Made by a program: the position numbers and the translations under genes. A stretch of 64,000 nucleotides of DNA from an uncultured Planctomycetales bacterium (GTDB lineage Bacteria > Omnitrophota > Gorgyraeia > Zapsychrales > JBDRMG01), in assembly GCA_964478715.1 (NCBI GenBank), contig CAYZIY010000008.1, forward strand, positions 17,704-81,703, given 5' to 3'. Under the pieces are notes generated by a model. That model worked only from the letters and a program-made list of their open reading frames with translations. It ran no database searches and had not been told where the DNA came from. Shown piece after piece: positions 16,931 to 26,726 of the stretch. Each line of letters opens with the position of its first letter. The first letter of the stretch is position 1.

Positions 16931-16940
16931 GCGCTTCATC

Positions 16941-19853
16941 ATGAATGATCAAATATTGAAAAACCTCAATTCCAGACAAAAACAGGCGGTGACGCACGAG
17001 GAAGGGCCTCTATTGATCATTGCCGGCGCCGGCACAGGCAAGACCACGGTGATCACCCACCGCATCGCGCATCTGATCGTCAATCAGGGGGTGCATCCCG
17101 ATCAGATCTTGGCGCTCACTTTTACCGACAAGGCCGCCTTTCAGATGCAGGAACGCGTGGATGTGCTGGTGCCTTACGGATTCACCGATACGTGGATCGC
17201 CACCTTCCATGCCTTCGGCGACCGCTTGCTGCGCGAAAACGCGCTGGAAGTTCATTTGAGTCCCGATTTCCGGGTGATGACCCGCCCCCAGGCGGCCGTG
17301 CTTTTACGCGAGCATCTCTTTGAGCTGCCGCTTGAAACCTACCGGCCGCTGGGTAATCCGGCCAAATACGTGGATGCTTTGATTTCGCTCTTTTCCCGGG
17401 CGCGCGACGAGGACATCTCGTTTGGGGAATACGAGACCTACGCCCAAAGCCTTATGCTTGAGGCGAAAACCAGCGACGATGAGGCCCAAAAAGAAGAGGC
17501 GGCCCGTCAAAGCGAGATCGCTGCCTGTTACCGGACGTATCAGGAGTTACTCTTTAGAGAAGGCCGTATCGATTTTGCCAATCAGTTTTATTGGACGCTT
17601 CAGCTTCTGCGCAAACATCCGCGCATTTTGAAATATTACCAGGATCAGTTTCAATACATTCTGGTCGATGAATTTCAGGATACCAATTACGCGCAGTTTG
17701 AGCTGGTTAAGCTTTTGGCGCAGAGAGCCAAAAACCTGACGGTTGTCGCTGACGACGATCAATCCATTTACAAATGGCGGGGCGCGGCGGTCAGCAATAT
17801 TCAGAATTTCACTCAATCGTATCCGGCCTGCCGGAAAGTGACCCTCACCCAGAACTACCGGTCCACCCAGCCGATTCTTGACAGCTCTTATCGGTTGATT
17901 CAAAACAATAATCCGGACCGCTTTGAGGTGCAGGCCCAGATCGACAAGCGGCTCAAAGGACGAAAGAAAACCGGAAAAAAACCGCGCCACAAGCTCTTTG
18001 ACACGCTTTCCGCTGAAGCTGATTGGGTGGCCGCGGAAATCAATCGGCGCGTCACAAAAAAAAATCAGGCCTTTAAGGATTTCGCCATTCTGGTGCGCTC
18101 CAATTCCGATGCGGAGCCTTTTTTACATGCCTTAAACATGCGCGGAATTCCCTGGCAATTTTCCGGCAATCAGGGATTGTATTCACGCGATGAGATCCGA
18201 TTGTGTATTTCGTTTTTGCGGGTGCTGACTCATCCGCAGGATTCCTTGAGCTTGTATTTTTTGGCCCAGTCGTCTGTGTACCATCTGCCTGTTGTCGAGC
18301 TTACCCAAATCATGAACGCGGCCCGGCGTCGGCATTGGGATTTATTTTCCACTCTAAAAAGAATGAATACCCTGGAAGGATTTGGTGAGATCAGTAATGA
18401 TTTTTGTACTGCGGCACAACGCCTGATTGCCGAAATTGAAAACTACATGGAGCGCTCCCGGGAAACGCCCGTCGGACAGCTGCTGTATTCGTTTTTAACC
18501 GAATCGGGGTATTTGAAGGCTCTCACCCATGATCAGAGCATGGAAAACGAGAGCCGGATCAAAAACATCGCCAAGTTTTTTGACATTATCAAGGAATTCG
18601 AATACACGGCCAAGGAAAACCGGGTGATGTATTTCATGAATTATTTAGACATGCTGATCAATGTTGGTGACGATCCGGCCGTGGCCGAAGCCGATTTTGA
18701 CGTGGAGGCGGTCAATGTGCTGACCATTCACCGGGCTAAGGGATTGGAGTTTCCGGTGGTGTTTCTGGTGGGGCTTGTCGAGGGACGGTTTCCCTGGCCG
18801 CTGCGCAAAGATCCCATTGAGCTGCCGCGCGAGCTGATCAAAGATATTCTGCCTTTGGGCGATTTTCATATTCAGGAAGAGCGTCGCCTGTTTTATGTGG
18901 GCATGACCCGCGCCGAAGAGGAATTATTCTTAACCAGTGCGATCGATTACGGGACCAAGCGGTCTAAGAAGGTGAGCCGTTTTGTCTTTGAGGTGGTCTC
19001 AAAGAAAATCACACCGCAGGCGGTGAAAACCAGCGCTCTGGAATCTATTGAACGGCACGCGCCGCGTAAAACCACGGTGCAGGTAAGACATCAGGAAATT
19101 CCCGATAACCAGATCATCAATCTCAGTTATTTTCAGATTGATGATTACCTGACCTGTCCGCTGAAATACAAATATGTCCACATTCTGCGCGTGCCGATTC
19201 TTTCGCATCACACCGTGCTTTATGGCAAGGCTCTGCATGATGCGGTGCAATATTACCATCAGAATAAAATGAAGGGACTCGCTGTCAAGGCAGATCATCT
19301 GCTTGAAATCTTTGAACAGTCCTTTATTAAGGAAGGATTTTTCTCCAAAGAACACATTCGCCTGCGTCTTAAAAAAGGTCGTGCGGCACTCTCGCGTTTT
19401 TTTGCAGATCAGGAAGTTTCGGGTATTGTACCCAAGGTGGCTGAGAAAGATTTTTCGTTTGTGATTGATCAAAACCGCGTGGTGGGTCGCTGGGACCGGA
19501 TTGATGAGCGCGACGGTGAGGTGTCTGTGATTGATTTTAAATCAAGTGATGTGAACAAAAGTGAGCAGGCGAACAAGCGGGCCAAGGATTCTCTGCAGCT
19601 GGCTCTTTACGGGCTGGCCTACGAGAAAATCTACGGCCAGCCCCCCGACTTCAAAGAACTCCATTTCCTGGAAACCGGGCTGGTGGGGCGGGCACCGTTT
19701 TGCGACAAGGATCTGGAGAAAGCGACCAAGGCGGTGCGCAAAGCGTCTGAGGGCATCCGCCGGCGCGATTTTGGGGCCCGACCCTCGCGGATGAACTGCC
19801 TGTATTGCGCGTTCAATCAGATTTGTCCTTTTGCCGTCGTGCGGATGAAATAG
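16941..19853 (+). CDS. UvrD/PcrA-family SF1 helicase fused to a C-terminal PD-(D/E)xK nuclease with a Cas4/AddB-like Cys cluster
   Basis: Helicase motifs 'IAGAGTGKTT', 'VDEFQDTN' and 'TIHRAKGLEFPVVFL' are present. The C-terminus carries 'DDYLTCPLKYKYVHIL', 'VIDFKSS', 'LQLALYGLAY' and 'CLYCAFNQICPF'. Confidence 0.8.
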   Translation: MNDQILKNLNSRQKQAVTHEEGPLLIIAGAGTGKTTVITHRIAHLIVNQGVHPDQILALTFTDKAAFQMQERVDVLVPYGFTDTWIATFHAFGDRLLRENALEVHLSPDFRVMTRPQAAVLLREHLFELPLETYRPLGNPAKYVDALISLFSRARDEDISFGEYETYAQSLMLEAKTSDDEAQKEEAARQSEIAACYRTYQELLFREGRIDFANQFYWTLQLLRKHPRILKYYQDQFQYILVDEFQDTNYAQFELVKLLAQRAKNLTVVADDDQSIYKWRGAAVSNIQNFTQSYPACRKVTLTQNYRSTQPILDSSYRLIQNNNPDRFEVQAQIDKRLKGRKKTGKKPRHKLFDTLSAEADWVAAEINRRVTKKNQAFKDFAILVRSNSDAEPFLHALNMRGIPWQFSGNQGLYSRDEIRLCISFLRVLTHPQDSLSLYFLAQSSVYHLPVVELTQIMNAARRRHWDLFSTLKRMNTLEGFGEISNDFCTAAQRLIAEIENYMERSRETPVGQLLYSFLTESGYLKALTHDQSMENESRIKNIAKFFDIIKEFEYTAKENRVMYFMNYLDMLINVGDDPAVAEADFDVEAVNVLTIHRAKGLEFPVVFLVGLVEGRFPWPLRKDPIELPRELIKDILPLGDFHIQEERRLFYVGMTRAEEELFLTSAIDYGTKRSKKVSRFVFEVVSKKITPQAVKTSALESIERHAPRKTTVQVRHQEIPDNQIINLSYFQIDDYLTCPLKYKYVHILRVPILSHHTVLYGKALHDAVQYYHQNKMKGLAVKADHLLEIFEQSFIKEGFFSKEHIRLRLKKGRAALSRFFADQEVSGIVPKVAEKDFSFVIDQNRVVGRWDRIDERDGEVSVIDFKSSDVNKSEQANKRAKDSLQLALYGLAYEKIYGQPPDFKELHFLETGLVGRAPFCDKDLEKATKAVRKASEGIRRRDFGARPSRMNCLYCAFNQICPFAVVRMK

Positions 19854-19947
19854 AAAGTACAGATGATCACGGTGGGAAAGATGTGAAAAAATGAGTTGAA
19901 GAGATTTGATTTTTGTGTAGAATGATGAAAATATTCTTTTTAATAAA

Positions 19948-21579
19948 ATGAGTTTTAAACTTAATCAATGTAAACATTTCAAAGGCCGCAAAGGGCCTCT
20001 TCTTTTGATCATCATGGACGGGGTCGGCTTAGGGAAAAAGGATGAGGCTGACGGGCTCTTTCGGTCTAAAACTCCGTGTCTGGATCAGCTTTTTCAAAGC
20101 AAACTCTTTACCACCCTGCAGGCTCACGGCACGGCCGTGGGGCTTCCCAGCGATGAAGACATGGGCAATAGCGAAGTGGGTCACAATGCCCTGGGCGCGG
20201 GTCGGGTGTTTTCCCAAGGCGCGCGCCTGGTCAATGAAAGCATCAAAAGCGGCGCAATTTTTCAGAGCGATCTCTGGAAAAAAATGATCCAGACAGCCAA
20301 GGGCGAGGGTCGCGCGTTTCATTTTATTGGTCTTCTTTCCGACGGTAATGTTCATTCCCACATTCAACATTTATTTGCGATGATCAATCAGTGTGCTAGG
20401 GCCGGCGTGAAGAAAGTCTGCGTGCACGCGCTTTGTGACGGACGCGATGTGCCTGAAAAAAGCGCCCTGCAATACATCGATCAGGTAGATGAATTCAACA
20501 ATCAGATCAATGCAGTGCGCGGATTCAACTACCGGATTGTCTCCGGCGGCGGGCGCATGGTCACCACCATGGACCGCTACAATGCCGATTGGGATGTGGT
20601 CAAAAGAGGATGGCAGGCGCATGTTTTGGGCGAGGGCCGTCAATTTGCTACCGCCCGCGAAGCGGTGGAAACATATTACCGAGAAGATCCCAAGATTACC
20701 GATCAGTATTTGGATCCGTTTGTGATTGCTAAGGGCGGAGAGCCGATCGGGCCCATCCATGACGGGGATGCGGTGGTCTTTTTCAATTTCCGCGGGGATC
20801 GAGCAGTGGAAATTTCGCGCGCCTTTGAAGAAGAAGATTTCAAAGAGTTCGACCGCAAACGTTTCCCGCAGGTGATCTACGCGGGAATGATGCAATACGA
20901 CGGGGATCTCAAGATTCCTGAAAATTATTTGGTCAGCCCGCCGCAGATCAAGCGCACGGTCGGGCAATATTTGTGCGCCAGCGGGGTGAGCTCTTTTGCC
21001 ATTTCGGAAACGCAGAAATTCGGACACGTCACGTATTTCTGGAACGGAAATAATTCCGGAACCATCGATGAGAAGCTGGAGAAATACATCGAGATTCCTT
21101 CGGATAAGATTCAATTTGACAAAGCGCCCAAGATGAAGGCGCCGGAGATCACCGAGAAAACCATCGAGCTTCTTCAAAGCGGCCAATACCGTTTTGGCCG
21201 TTTGAATTTTGCCAACGGTGACATGGTTGGGCATACCGGGGTTGTGGATGCGATCATCGAGGCCATGGAAACCGTTGACGGCTGCGTGGCCCGTTTGATT
21301 GAAGAAATCAAAAAGCTTAACGGTATTTGTGTGGTTACCGCCGATCACGGCAACAGTGACGAAATGTTTACCGAAAAGAAGGGGCAAAAAAGCGCCAAGA
21401 CAGCGCACACGCTCAATCCGGTGCCGTTTGTGATTGTGGATTCTGGCTATCGGGAGGAATACACCCTGGCGGATTTGAAAAAACGCGGGCTCTCTAATGT
21501 GGCGGCCACGCTTTTGAATCTGCTGGGTTTGGAAAAGCCCGCAGACTACGATCCGTCGTTGATCGATTTTAAGAAGTAG
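19948..21579 (+). CDS. gpmI: 2,3-bisphosphoglycerate-independent phosphoglycerate mutase
   Basis: Motifs 'LIIMDGVGLG', 'NSEVGHNALGAGR' and 'TADHGN' are present. Confidence 0.9.
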   Translation: MSFKLNQCKHFKGRKGPLLLIIMDGVGLGKKDEADGLFRSKTPCLDQLFQSKLFTTLQAHGTAVGLPSDEDMGNSEVGHNALGAGRVFSQGARLVNESIKSGAIFQSDLWKKMIQTAKGEGRAFHFIGLLSDGNVHSHIQHLFAMINQCARAGVKKVCVHALCDGRDVPEKSALQYIDQVDEFNNQINAVRGFNYRIVSGGGRMVTTMDRYNADWDVVKRGWQAHVLGEGRQFATAREAVETYYREDPKITDQYLDPFVIAKGGEPIGPIHDGDAVVFFNFRGDRAVEISRAFEEEDFKEFDRKRFPQVIYAGMMQYDGDLKIPENYLVSPPQIKRTVGQYLCASGVSSFAISETQKFGHVTYFWNGNNSGTIDEKLEKYIEIPSDKIQFDKAPKMKAPEITEKTIELLQSGQYRFGRLNFANGDMVGHTGVVDAIIEAMETVDGCVARLIEEIKKLNGICVVTADHGNSDEMFTEKKGQKSAKTAHTLNPVPFVIVDSGYREEYTLADLKKRGLSNVAATLLNLLGLEKPADYDPSLIDFKK

Positions 21580-21728
21580 AAAAAATTTTAATTCCAAAAC
21601 CCTAAATCTTAAGGAAGGATAAAATTCCGAGTTCGAAGCTGAGGACGCAGGGGATCAGGTTTCGGATTTTAACCTTTGAATTTTGAGCTTTCTTAGCATT
21701 TAGGATTTAGAGCTTAGGATTTTAATCC

Positions 21729-22346
21729 ATGGATCTGCCAGAAAGAGAAGAGCGGATCGCAAAACTCCGGCGGCAGATCGCTCGTTGTCGGCGCTGCGAT
21801 TTGTTTCGTTCGCGCACAAAGACTGTAGCCGGTGAAGGATCGCTGGATCCGGCGATTCTGTTCATTGGCGAAGCCCCGGGTCGCAACGAAGACCTGCAGG
21901 GAAAACCTTTTGTGGGGCGGGCCGGTGCGATTTTGGATGAATTACTCTCCTCTGTCGGATTGCAGCGCGAGGATGTTTACATCTGTAATATTTTAAAATG
22001 CCGCCCACCGGGCAATCGGAATCCGGCCCGTGATGAAATCCGTTCTTGCGCCGGTAGTCTGGATGTTCAGCTGAAAACCATTGATCCGGCGATCATTGCG
22101 ACTCTGGGAAATTTTGCTACCACTACTATTTTCGCCAAGTTCGGCTTGCCCGGCGGGCGGATTTCTCAAATGCGTGGCAAGGTCTTTGAGGCTTCGGTCC
22201 CGGAAGGTCACAGGAAAATCGTGCCGCTTTTTCATCCGGCGGTCGCCACCTACGATCCCAGCAAATTGAAACTGCTTAAGAAAGATTTTGAGATTTTTAT
22301 CCCGCTTTTATCCGAGAGAAAGATGGCGCAGGAGGCAGCTTCGTGA
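21729..22346 (+). CDS. Uracil-DNA glycosylase, family 4
   Basis: Motifs 'CRRCDL' and 'GEAPGRNEDLQGKPFVGRAG' are present. Confidence 0.85.
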   Translation: MDLPEREERIAKLRRQIARCRRCDLFRSRTKTVAGEGSLDPAILFIGEAPGRNEDLQGKPFVGRAGAILDELLSSVGLQREDVYICNILKCRPPGNRNPARDEIRSCAGSLDVQLKTIDPAIIATLGNFATTTIFAKFGLPGGRISQMRGKVFEASVPEGHRKIVPLFHPAVATYDPSKLKLLKKDFEIFIPLLSERKMAQEAAS

Positions 22347-23080
22347 GTTATTCAACGGTCGGTTGGTTGGCGTTGGGTGGTTTTTTGGTGCTCTTTGCGA
22401 TGGCCTCCTTTTGTGTGTTTTTTGACCAGGCAATTTTTGCTCGACGGGGAACCATCTTTCGGGTCAAGACCGATCAAAAGCTGGTAGCCTTGACCTTTGA
22501 CGATGGACCTTCACCCGAGTGGACGCCTCTGATTCTGGATGAACTCAAGAAAGCCGGTGTTAAGGCCACTTTTTTCATGGTGGGTCATCATGTCAAGAAA
22601 TATTCCCAAGTGGCCCGGCGGGTGGCCGCCGAAGGCCATGAGATCGAGAATCACGGATTTGCCCACAGTGTGACTCTCTACTACACGCCTCAGGAGATCG
22701 AGGAGGAGATCCAATACACCGAGCATGTGATTGAGCAGGTTACCGGTCAGAAAACACAATATTTCCGTCCGCCGAAAGCCTGGCTTTTGCCGTCGGTCAA
22801 AAAGGCAATCAAGGCCATGGGCTACAAGGTGGTTTTGTGGTCACTGAACTCTAAAGACTGGGTCACCTTCGATGACAAATACATCATCCGCTTTATTTTG
22901 CGAAATGTTCGTAACGGCGACATTATTCTTTTTCATGACAGCGGCGGGGTGTTTAGCCGCGAAGGGGGCGATCGCAGTGAAACCGTATCAACTATTCCGC
23001 TTTTAGTTGAGAAACTTAAAGAGCGGGGCTACACGTTTGTAACCGTAAAGGAGCTGATTAATGGAAAAGACACCGTTTGA
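22343..23080 (+). CDS. Polysaccharide deacetylase (NodB domain), membrane-anchored
   Basis: Motifs 'LTFDDGPS' and 'HGFAH' are present, with an N-terminal TM helix. Confidence 0.8.
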   Translation: MSYSTVGWLALGGFLVLFAMASFCVFFDQAIFARRGTIFRVKTDQKLVALTFDDGPSPEWTPLILDELKKAGVKATFFMVGHHVKKYSQVARRVAAEGHEIENHGFAHSVTLYYTPQEIEEEIQYTEHVIEQVTGQKTQYFRPPKAWLLPSVKKAIKAMGYKVVLWSLNSKDWVTFDDKYIIRFILRNVRNGDIILFHDSGGVFSREGGDRSETVSTIPLLVEKLKERGYTFVTVKELINGKDTV

Positions 23081-24740
23081 GAGAAAAAGTCACGCTCATT
23101 GGATCGGATGGCTGATCGTCTTGAGTTTTTTCTTTTTGATGTTCGGCAATTGGATTGTCAGTTTGACTCACCCGGATGAAGTTTTCTACGCTCAGATCGC
23201 CAAGGAGATGGTCGAGCATGATACCTGGATGGTGCCGATGATTTTTGACCAGACGAATTTTGAAAAACCGATTTTTACGTTTTGGCTTTTGCGGCTGGCC
23301 GTTGAGCATTTCGGAGCCACGCCCTATGTGGCGCGCTTTTTTATGTCCGTTTTCGGCATGATCGGGGTAGGGATGACCTATTTTTTGGCGTATTTGATGT
23401 TTAAAGACAAACGCATGGCTTTTCTTTCCGGGGCTATGCTCTCGACGAGTTTTATTTACATTGTGCTCTCGCGCTCGGTGATGACCGACATGGTCTTTTC
23501 CATGTGGGTGTATTTTGCCCTGGTCTTTTTTTACTGGGGGTACACCCGTCAGGAGCATCGGGGGGCATCTATTGTGCTGACCTGTGTTTGCGCGGGCCTG
23601 GCGGTTTTAAGCAAAGGTCTTTTAGGATTGCTATTGCCCATGGGCGTGATTTCGCTGTATTTGGGTTTTCAGAAAGAGCGAAAGTTTGTTCTTCATCCGT
23701 CCTTATTGTTGGGGCTGGGACTTTTCGCGCTGATCGTGATTCCCTGGCATGTGTTCATGGTCCAGAAATTCGGCCAGAGTTTCATCAATGAATACTGGTG
23801 GAATGTGCACGTCCGCCGGATTTTTGTGGCTGAGCATCTTAAGAGCGACACTTGGTATTTTTATTTGATGACGATTTTCGGCGGGACCTTTCCCTGGAGT
23901 CTGTTTTTGATTCCGGCGGTTGTTTGGACGGTGATCAAGGTGCGCCGCCATGAGGATGAACGTATGCTCGGTTTTATCTGGATCGCAATCGTCTACATTT
24001 TTATGAGCATGCAGATTGCCGCCAGTAAACTGGCCAGCTACATCTTTCCGATATTTCCTTTACTGGCCATTGTGCTGGCCTATTATCTCAATGAGGTATT
24101 GAAGAATCGCACGCAGCCTTTTTTGATGCGATCGGCACGGGCAGTCGGTTTTCTGATGACGACTGTTTGCGTTGGAGGCGTTGGCGCCGCGATTTATTTC
24201 AGTCATAAATATCGCGATCTTGTGATTGATGTGAGGCCGGTGTATTTATTCTGCGGTTTTGTGGTGATCTGTGGGGCGGTCATCTTGGTTTGCGCTCTTA
24301 AGAAAAAAATCGGGCGGATGTTGATCGCGACCGGCGCGATTACCGGTGTGTTTCTGTTTTCTCTTCTGTTTGCCTATCCCAGCGCTGAACCCTGGGTGAC
24401 CTGCCGACAGATCAGCGAAGAGTTTAAAAAGATCGATCAAGGTGATTCAACGGTGGTCTGCTCCAAGTTTTACGTGCGCGGAATCCGTTTTTTTACTGAC
24501 CGGGATGTGGCCGTGATCGACAGCGGAGATGGATTTTTCACGCCTCATCCGATTCCTTATTTAAACAGCGACAATAAGGTGGCGGGTTTTTTAGAAAAAC
24601 AGCCGACAACATTTTTTATTGTCAAAGAATCGGATGCCGAGGATCTGCGCCGGATCGCCAAACGCTTTAATTATGATCTGAAATTTTACAAAGAGATCGG
24701 CGGCAAGGCGATCATCAGATTGCAGAAGAAATCTCGCTAA
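23061..24740 (+). CDS. Family GT39/GT83 (ArnT/PMT-like) membrane glycosyltransferase
   Basis: Multi-TM protein with 'PDEVFYAQIAKEMVEHDTWMVPMIFDQTNFEKP', typical of ArnT/PMT-family transferases. Confidence 0.75.
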   Translation: MEKTPFERKSHAHWIGWLIVLSFFFLMFGNWIVSLTHPDEVFYAQIAKEMVEHDTWMVPMIFDQTNFEKPIFTFWLLRLAVEHFGATPYVARFFMSVFGMIGVGMTYFLAYLMFKDKRMAFLSGAMLSTSFIYIVLSRSVMTDMVFSMWVYFALVFFYWGYTRQEHRGASIVLTCVCAGLAVLSKGLLGLLLPMGVISLYLGFQKERKFVLHPSLLLGLGLFALIVIPWHVFMVQKFGQSFINEYWWNVHVRRIFVAEHLKSDTWYFYLMTIFGGTFPWSLFLIPAVVWTVIKVRRHEDERMLGFIWIAIVYIFMSMQIAASKLASYIFPIFPLLAIVLAYYLNEVLKNRTQPFLMRSARAVGFLMTTVCVGGVGAAIYFSHKYRDLVIDVRPVYLFCGFVVICGAVILVCALKKKIGRMLIATGAITGVFLFSLLFAYPSAEPWVTCRQISEEFKKIDQGDSTVVCSKFYVRGIRFFTDRDVAVIDSGDGFFTPHPIPYLNSDNKVAGFLEKQPTTFFIVKESDAEDLRRIAKRFNYDLKFYKEIGGKAIIRLQKKSR

Positions 24741-24777
24741 AAAAATGAAAGAGAAAAATAATTTTTAAGGAAATCAG

Positions 24778-25803
24778 ATGAAAGCCTTTTTGACGGATCT
24801 CGGAGATGCATTGAAAGACCGAGCCTGGCGATGGCTGAAGATGATCTTAATTCTGGCGGCTGTGGGCGGATTTCTTTTTTTAACGACTCGCGGTTGGTTG
24901 TTCGCCAAAGTCAGCTTCAGCTCTTACACCCAGGAGGATGAGGAGCTGGCCGCTCTTCTTAAGAGTCATGTGCGCATGCTTTCCGGGGCGATCGGCTCGC
25001 GTAATCTTAACGACTACGAAAACTACAAAGAAGCCGCCCGTTACATCAATCGTTATTTTAAAACCTTCGGCTACACGCCGGACGTGCAAACGATTCAGGT
25101 TAAAGATAAAATCATCGGCAATATTATTGCCCAGAAAAAGGGCGTTGAGCTGCCTCAAGAAATCATTATCATCGGGGCTCATTATGATTCGTATTTTAAT
25201 CCCGGGGCCGATGCCAATGCCAGCGGTGTGGCCTGTCTGCTAGAATTAGCGCGCTTGCTCTCCGACACGAAGCTTAAACGCACGGTTCTCTATGTGGCTT
25301 TTGCTAACAGCGAACAGCCTTATTTTATGACAGATAAAATGGGAAGTCTGATGTTTGCGCGGCAACTTAAAGAGAAGTCAAGGCATGTGGCCGCTGTGCT
25401 GATTTTGGATTCCCTTGGATATTACACCAATGACAACCACTCCCAAAGGTATCCCTGGCTGGTCGGCATGCTTTCGCCCAATCAGGGGAATTTTATCGCT
25501 TTGGTAACCAATATCCGCTCATTAATTTTGGCTCGTCATGTCAAAAAGGGCCTGGAAGGCGTTTTGACATTCCCTGTTCATCTATTGATCGGTTTTGATT
25601 TTATCGATTCCGATCACTCGGCTTTCTGGAAAGAGGATTTTAAAACGGTACTCTTAACAGATACGGGTCATTACCGTTATCCTTATTATCATCATCTCGA
25701 AGACACTTATGAAAATTTGGATTACAAAAATATGGGACAGTTAACCCGTGCTTTAAAAGAGGCTGTGGTCCGGATGGCCAATCAGGCGCCGGAAGCACAG
25801 TGA
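24778..25803 (+). CDS. M28-family zinc aminopeptidase, membrane-anchored
   Basis: Motifs 'IIIGAHYDSY' and 'GADANASGVACLLELARLL' are present. Confidence 0.8.
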   Translation: MKAFLTDLGDALKDRAWRWLKMILILAAVGGFLFLTTRGWLFAKVSFSSYTQEDEELAALLKSHVRMLSGAIGSRNLNDYENYKEAARYINRYFKTFGYTPDVQTIQVKDKIIGNIIAQKKGVELPQEIIIIGAHYDSYFNPGADANASGVACLLELARLLSDTKLKRTVLYVAFANSEQPYFMTDKMGSLMFARQLKEKSRHVAAVLILDSLGYYTNDNHSQRYPWLVGMLSPNQGNFIALVTNIRSLILARHVKKGLEGVLTFPVHLLIGFDFIDSDHSAFWKEDFKTVLLTDTGHYRYPYYHHLEDTYENLDYKNMGQLTRALKEAVVRMANQAPEAQ

Positions 25804-25893
25804 TCGACCGGCGGCATTGGTAAAAAAGATAAAACAAATAATTGACTTCAAAAATTTTGCATGCTAACATGCTGTTAATTAAGGAGGTGAAAC

Positions 25894-26244
25894 ATGAGGA
25901 AAGTATTATTAGGATTCGTCGTCTGTCTCTTGGTGATGAGTGTGGCGACAGCTTCCTTTGCCGCTTCCGGAGACATGAAGGAAAAGGTGAAAGGAAGGGT
26001 TCAGAAGCTTGGCCGCGGAGTAGCCAATGTTATTAGCGCTCCTTTGGAAATCGGGAAACAGATTACCAATGAATGGAGAAGCGCCGATGTGAAGCATTTT
26101 GCTTTAGTCGGGGGGCTGGCCAAAGGTTTAGGCTACACTCTGAAAAGATTGGGATCGGGTTTAGTTGATATCGTGACATTTCCTGTAGAGTTGAAAGAGG
26201 AATATGATCCCGTTATGAAACCGGAATACGTGTTTGACAACTGA
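25894..26244 (+). CDS. Small secreted protein resembling the exosortase-system-associated TIGR04073 family
   Basis: A signal peptide is followed by 'KLGRGVANVISAPLEIGKQI...GLAKGLGYTLKRLGSGLVDIVTFPVE...PEYVFDN'. RBS 'aaggagg'. Confidence 0.55.
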   Translation: MRKVLLGFVVCLLVMSVATASFAASGDMKEKVKGRVQKLGRGVANVISAPLEIGKQITNEWRSADVKHFALVGGLAKGLGYTLKRLGSGLVDIVTFPVELKEEYDPVMKPEYVFDN

Positions 26245-26270
26245 TTTTGGCGGTATTGTTTTTATTTCAA

Positions 26271-26305
26271 GGGGCCAAGCCGAAGGCTTGGCCCCTTATC
26301 TTTCT
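26271..26305 (+). terminator. Rho-independent terminator
   Basis: Stem 'ggggccaagcc-gaa-ggcttggcccc' followed by a T-rich tract. Confidence 0.8.
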
Positions 26306-26358
26306 CTTCCGGCACTTCCGTCTGCGATCTGCCAGCAATCCGCCAGCGATTCTTTAAC

Positions 26359-26387
26359 TTGACGATCCCTTATCCTAATAGTATAAT
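26359..26387 (+). promoter_or_regulatory. Consensus sigma70 promoter TTGACG-17-TATAAT for rpsO-pnp
   Basis: TTGACG at 26359-26364 and TATAAT at 26382-26387. Confidence 0.7.
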
Positions 26388-26447
26388 ATTTCGCAAATTA
26401 GGAATTATTTTCTCGTTGTAACAGCTAAGACATAAGGAGTTGAAACA

Positions 26448-26717
26448 TTGGCATTAACAAAACCTAAGAAAACAGAAGTCATCGACGGCTTCAGAATTCA
26501 CGCTCGCGATACCGGCTCTTCTGTTGTGCAGATCGCGCTTCTTACGGAAAAAATTAATCAGCTGACCGAGCATTTCAAAGTCCATAAAAAGGATTTTCAT
26601 TCTCGTCGCGGCTTATTGATCATGATCGGCAAGAGGCGCCGTCATTTGGCCTACCTGAAGAAGATCGACCCCCAAAAATACGAAGAGACTATTAAAAAAC
26701 TCAATCTACGTAAGTGA
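26448..26717 (+). CDS. rpsO: 30S ribosomal protein S15
   Basis: TTG start after RBS 'aaggag'. Segment '[35 protein letters not shown]' is present. Confidence 0.9.
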   Translation: MALTKPKKTEVIDGFRIHARDTGSSVVQIALLTEKINQLTEHFKVHKKDFHSRRGLLIMIGKRRRHLAYLKKIDPQKYEETIKKLNLRK

Positions 26718-26726
26718 GGCTAATCC

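Noticed and set aside
20371-21597. A 408-aa ORF on the minus strand covering the whole of gpmI
   Set aside because: The + strand encodes an unmistakable iPGM with all motifs. The antisense ORF has low-complexity, Arg/His-rich composition typical of a shadow frame, with no RBS and no homology.
21580-21728. Short degenerate 'aggattt(a/t)ag' tandem-like repeats between gpmI and the UDG gene
   Set aside because: The period is irregular and the copies diverge, with no hairpin or ORF association. Most likely this is a low-complexity spacer with the UDG promoter.
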